Below, in pieces: positions 58,515 through 64,000 of a stretch of 64,000 nt of DNA (its first letter is position 1; each line of letters starts with the position of its first letter). This DNA comes from Eledone cirrhosa (Eukaryota). The stretch is from assembly GCA_964016885.1 (NCBI GenBank), contig OZ024741.1:71486001-71550000 (forward strand), read 5' to 3'. The notes beneath the pieces were generated by a model. It made no database searches. It was given only the letters and a program-made list of their open reading frames with translations, and had not been told where the DNA came from. A program made the translations under genes and the position numbers.

Positions 58515-59440
58515 CACTTATTCCTGGGAGTCACGGTGACAGAGCCCTCAAACACTCTTTCCAGTGGGTCCTGTCAAAAACAACCATCTCCAACTGAATC
58601 CCCAATCAAGACCAGCCAAGTTCATGGTTGTTATTCAACCATCTTCCTCAGGGTCTACCCCTGGGTCTCCTACCAGTTAGTTTTGCTCGTAAAATCTGTC
58701 CAGTGATTCTTTCCTGAGACATTCTAACCACATACCCGTACTTTTGAAGCTGTGATCTCTTAATTCGAAGAAGTAGTGGAGTGACTCTCTGATCTCCGAG
58801 CTACGCACTTTATCAAGTAACATAACTCCAAAGACCATTCAGAGGAACCACATTTCTGCCAGTTGTATTTCGCGATCATATTCTTTCTGTTATTACCCAA
58901 GATTCATAACCATAGGTAAGGTTTGGCATGAATATCGAATTGAAGATAGCAAGTTTGGCTTTTACACCTACCTCCCTTCTTCTGGTTACCGAATGTTGAA
59001 GCTCGCATATTACTGCAACAGCTCCTGCAATTCTTGCACTTAATTCATCCTCCTGTTTTCCATCACTCATGAACAGATACTTGAACTTCACCTACTTCAG
59101 TGGAATACCACATGTAGATTGTACTGCGCAGGCATCCTTGAAAGGGCGAGGGTCTCAGTTTTCGCAGCACTCAGCATCAAGCCTATCAAGTGCAAGTCAG
59201 AGATCCCCTTTGTCGAGTTAAGTAATACCATGTCGTCTGCAAACTCCAGCCGATTGATATTACACTTGCCAGTCGTAATACCACTTCCAACCCAGCTGTG
59301 CATGCCAATCCTGTTCGCGAAAATAATGAACAGAAGTGACAGTATGCGCTCTTGGCGGAGTCAGACTCCCACATTGAATGGTTTCGATTTAGCACCATTT
59401 ATCAGAACACAAATACTCGGGCATTCGTATAGACATATTT
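58515..59440 (-). mobile_element. degenerate RTE-like LINE fragment
   Basis: LEFADDMVLL, FKYL..DGKQEDELSARI, LTYGYESW. Confidence 0.7.
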
Positions 59441-59484
59441 TACTAAAAAAATTAGGACATTAATATAGAAAGACACCCCCAACA

Positions 59485-59823
59485 ATTTCAGTGGAAAATA
59501 GTTTTTTCTTTGGTTTATTACGTGTGCTACGAATTAAACTTACTTCCTAATGTGGTCTTAAAGACTTTTTTCTCTGAAGGGGCGAAAAAAGGTAAGACAC
59601 TCAGTTACTGTCAAGTGGTAAAGAAAACTCCCTCATGCTTTGCAGCATGTTCAGAGGCAAGATAAGTTGCTAGCACACATCGGGAAGGGGAATGAAAAAT
59701 CGGAGGGCTTTCTCATTCCCTTTCTCGATAAAAAAAAGTCCCTTAGGGCCATGTTAAGAAGTAAGTTTAATTGATAGCACACGAAAAGAAAACAAAGAAA
59801 TAAAAATTATTTCCCACTGAAAT
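59485..59823. mobile_element. degenerate MITE/foldback, ~120-bp arms
   Basis: ATTTCAGTGG..CGTGTGCTA..AATTAAACTTACTTC versus GAAGTAAGTTTAATT..TAGCACACG..CCACTGAAAT. Confidence 0.7.
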
Positions 59824-60617
59824 CGGTGAGTGTTTTTCTATAAATTTACCAAATTAATTCGTAATTTAGACATACAGATTCATCAGATAACGTTTTCATT
59901 GTGCACGACGATTACAGTTCACTTAAAACGAAATGATTCCTTTAAATCTACATGTTTAGTGGCTAATGTTTTTTTGTTTTTTTTTTCATTAGCAACCGAA
60001 GACTTTTTTTTTATTGCAAATAGTTATCCTCAAACTTATAACAAGAACCAATGAGGTTTATTATTCAGAGACGCAAATACCCAGTCCTCGGAGAATTCTG
60101 AAGTAAGATAAGAAATGCATTCACTCTAGTTTATATAATCAGTGCTTTGCGTTAAATTGTTCCCCATTTGTATTTTTAAAGAGACGTACAAATACATATA
60201 GATAGATATTAATTTGTGTGAGTGTGGAACAAAAGAAGCAGATAAATAAGGATAAGAGAGAAAGGAGAGAAAATCGTTGTGACATGTGGACAAAAGTCGA
60301 GTCATCGTCAATAAAAGAGTTTCTGACTAATTGAATTGTAAATACCGACAAACTATATAAATACATATTTTATTTATATCTCCGAATATAAATATATGTA
60401 CACAACACACACATTATATATATAGTCAGACAACAGAGAATGTACAACAAAAACATTAACTTATGACTTCGTTCACACATAACATAACATAATTATTTAG
60501 TTACACACGTGGAACTCAGTCAGAGGGGTAATTAATTCTGTGATAGAAGACTGTCATAACTAAAGTAAGTAGATGTAAATATCCAAACATATAATTTTTA
60601 TAATTCAGATATCATAC

Positions 60618-60740
60618 CTTATTCTGCCACTGTGATATAATCAAATATGCTTGGTAAATTAAGACCGGCTCTTCCTTCAAAATAGCGGAAAACGTTTTGA
60701 GAATTTTCATTGGATGCTGTTTATATGACTAACCAATAGA
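60618..60740 (-). promoter_or_regulatory. candidate PRPF3 non-coding first exon and promoter
   Basis: Donor-like AAG|GTATGA at 60618/60617, CGGAA (ETS-like) near 60686, CCAAT boxes on both strands (60709, 60733); the ATG exon has AG acceptor candidates just upstream of the ATG (56951, 56956), implying an upstream UTR exon. Confidence 0.45.
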
Positions 60741-62310
60741 AATACTTTTAACAAAAAAATAATCTACTGTCCTCAACTTGATTTGTCCCCCTTGAGCATT
60801 TAGACTAGCAACAACTCGTTGTGATGTACTTTAATTTAAAATATTTTTTTTGTTCACTGTGAAACCAAAGTAAAGTAAATTAATTAGTTAGACATACAAT
60901 AGATTTTACTTACTAACAGCTCGTATTATTAACTATAAAGCACCAGTAATGCACTGGGATAATTGCTGGCCTTGTGCCAAAGGTGGAAACAATTATTAAC
61001 TATAATATGCTTGCAATATATGAATGTTTACATTTAGAAACAGGAGAAAGAAAATACTTGAATATTTGTTGAAACACATACACAAACATGTATTTGAATT
61101 TACAAACTATAGAAAAAATACTCCATCACACGTTGAGTTTATTCAAAGTTGTGATTGTGAAAAACTGAAACGGAAAACTCTAGGAGGATGAAGAGTGGCC
61201 TTGGCTTTCAGTATCATATCTTAACATAAATACAAATGGCTAACATCGCACTTTGCCGACGAGATCAGAGTAATATAAGACCAAAAGTAATAAATTTAGG
61301 ATATTTATACCTAATTATCTACGTACTGACAAGTGTGAAAGATTGCTACCGTTCAAAGCTTCATGTACTCAGTCGAGAGTTGTCTCCCGTATTAGCCAGA
61401 CAAAATAGTATACCACATATTCATTTCCAGATAACATTTTAATGACCCATCATACATTAAATATGTTAATACTAATTTACATGTAGATAGGTGTAGGGGT
61501 GAATTTCTAAATCTACACTTGCCTCGCATTCGATGGAAAATTCTTTCCTCCTTTTTTTTCTTTTTACAACTATTCTAACTTCTAAAACCATCGGAAAGGA
61601 CTCCCTTTTTTTTTTTAGAAAAGAATCGGTCATGAAGTGGATAATCTATCTTATATTGTCCTGTAGTAGCAATAGTAGTAGTAACCCCCCACATACACAC
61701 ACACCCCGCTTGGTCACGAATGACCATATGGTTTGAACCTAGAAAGTTTCCCTCCAAGGCACAAGCCATAGCAATGTGTTTTTGTGGAAGACCAGCAGTT
61801 ACCCATGCATACCAGTCTCCCCTCTCCACGCCACCAATGTTGTCCAAGGGAAAGGCTGTTGTGTATGCAACTCACCAATCATTAAACGCTGATACAATTA
61901 GATTTAAGCACTCAACGATGGAGTATACATACAACAATGATAATTGCAATGGTCAGATGTAAATATTCATAATCAGCCGTGATACATATTTCTATGGCAT
62001 TCATGATTATGTGATGCTGTGATCACGCAACCACCAATGCAACTTCATCAGACAGCATCTCAGGTAATGTTGCTGATACAATACAAGGGAATGAACAAGT
62101 TTTATATTTTGTGGGTCTCACTTGCCTTATACTATGCCTCTGTGCTACAATTACAATAGGGTAAAACTGACCAATTTTTCTCGTTAAATTAAGCTATTTG
62201 TTTATCCTGGCTGATTGATATATATATATATAAACAAAGAGGGTGTGATAAGGTACCAGGTGGACCATAACGCACCAGAGTACTCAATACTTAGGGTAGT
62301 AGAGTGGATA

Positions 62311-62435
62311 ATAGGAAAAAAGTCAGGACCCTGACAGCTGAGCTCCGGCCATTTTAACACCAGTGGTGGCTTAGTTCGGATCTAGCTGTTGAAACAGCTG
62401 GAGCTCAGCCGTTGGGGTTCTGACTTTTTTCCTAT
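62311..62435. mobile_element. palindromic MITE in TA run
   Basis: ATAGGAAAAAAGTCAG..GCTGAGCTCC / GGAGCTCAGC..CTGACTTTTTTCCTAT; arms about 49 bp, differences all transitions. Confidence 0.75.
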
Positions 62436-62446
62436 ATATATATATA

Positions 62447-62911
62447 TGTAACGAAGGGTATTAGTAGTGGTTGTTAGATGTGAATAAATATGGTTGTTAG
62501 ATGAAATAGAATAGCTGATTTACTTTATATATAAAAAGGTTTACTTCACTTCAGTCAAAAAGAACAATAAACAAGTTACCACCAGTTGCGAAGGTTGACG
62601 ATGTTATTTTGTTGTTGATTCATAAGGCTGGTGTAGTCTGCGACCAGGAGAGAGAGAGAGAGTAATGGTCTGTAGATCTCTGCAGCCTGTAGTAGACGGT
62701 GAATCTTTACATAGCTTGTAATATAGAGTACGGCTCCAATCTCTCTGCGTAAAACATGGGAAAATATAGGCTTTATATACATGTCGCTTTCTGTCTCCCT
62801 GCCTCGAGGGATCGCCTACGCATGAACCTGTCCACGCCGAAAAGGATGGTGACCCAGAATTTGACTTTTAGGTGTCACCCAAGGTTCAAGGCATGGACAG
62901 ATTTCGCTATG
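62447..62911. mobile_element. candidate solo LTR
   Basis: Begins TGTAACGAA and ends TTCGCTATG (degenerate TG...CA with short terminal inverted repeat), inside TA runs; no internal ORF. Confidence 0.4.
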
Positions 62912-64000
62912 TATATATATGTATCATCATCACAGTTTTACATCTGCTTTTCCATCCTTGCATGGGTTGGATGGCTTCTTTCCAGCCCAGCATCTCTCCA
63001 ATCATCTCAGTCCTTCGTCATTACCTCTGTGAGATTCAGTGATTTGAGATCAATTTTGACAACCTCTGCCCAGGTCTTCCTTGGTTTCCCTCTACCAGTG
63101 CTCCCTTCCACTTGGATTTCTTGGCACTTCTTCACCTAACACTCATCATCCATATGCATCACATCGTTATACTAGTGCAGTCTTCTCTCCTGCACATGAC
63201 ATCCAATTCCTCTTATATCCAGTCTCTCTTTCAGCTCATATATATTAACACTGCACATCCATCAAATCAGGGTGGATTGGGTACTTTTTCATTATGTTAC
63301 CTGTACAACCACCTTACAAGGTGGACTGGCCGCTTTTTGTGTCACCAGCATGACCACCTCACAGGATGGACTGGGTGCTTTTTTTACGTGTTCCCAACAC
63401 AACCACCTTATAAACTTCATTTTTGGCTTGGTTTTCAATGGCTGGATGCCTTTCCTAACACCGACCACATTATAGTGTGTACTGGTAGCTTTTTGTCATG
63501 ACACCAGTATGTGTGGTGTCATCATCATCATCTTTGTTTAACGTCCATCTTCCACGCTAGCATGGGTTAGACGGGAGTTGTCCCACTTGAGGCAAGGTTG
63601 GTCGGGTGACCCTGTCTCGCTCATATAGGACTATCTGGCAGGTTTCCAACGACATTTACAGTGTGGAACTGGGAACTTTTTACCGTGTTACCTACACGGC
63701 CACATTACAGCATGGACTGTGTTTTTTTCCTCATGACACCTACATGATGGATGTATATATATATATTTTTTATTTCAGGTCATTATTTGGCACTACTGGT
63801 AACATGCAACCCAGTACAACCTGTTGCATGGTTGAGTCATTAGTGACTAAACTGGCAACCCCACCAAGCCTGCTTAGTGAGGAAGGTGGTTTTGGACACC
63901 TCGCAGAATGAAAACCAAACCCCATCAAAGGGCAGATGAACTCAGGAGAGTCAACGGCCATCCAATAGCATGTACATTTGCATGTGTATATATCTTTTAT

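Overview
AT-rich, repeat-dense animal genomic DNA. It is most likely an octopus or other cephalopod, inferred from CORE- and Nin-domain tRNA-SINEs, RTE/CR1 LINEs and (GAT)n tails. One host gene is reconstructed by hand: PRPF3 (U4/U6 snRNP Prp3) on the minus strand, with 19 GT-AG coding exons from 56944 to 22872 (1971 nt, 656 aa) including a 21-nt microexon, and a probable 5'UTR exon and promoter near 60.6-60.7 kb. Most of the rest is transposon-derived. It includes a decayed Helitron (Rep motifs intact, helicase core deleted) with a second Helitron nested in it that carries a 91/93-bp satellite with 4-mer higher-order structure, a third Helitron beside the microexon, CR1, RTE, Tx1-like and CRE-like LINE relics, many SINEs and MITEs, a candidate solo LTR, near-perfect palindromes and Penelope-type hammerhead-like motifs. 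I see no unambiguous new multi-gene system. The best leads are RNA-level: inverted LINEs and a hammerhead-bearing foldback around PRPF3 exons 4-6, SINE/LINE tail sharing, and Helitron-borne satellite birth.
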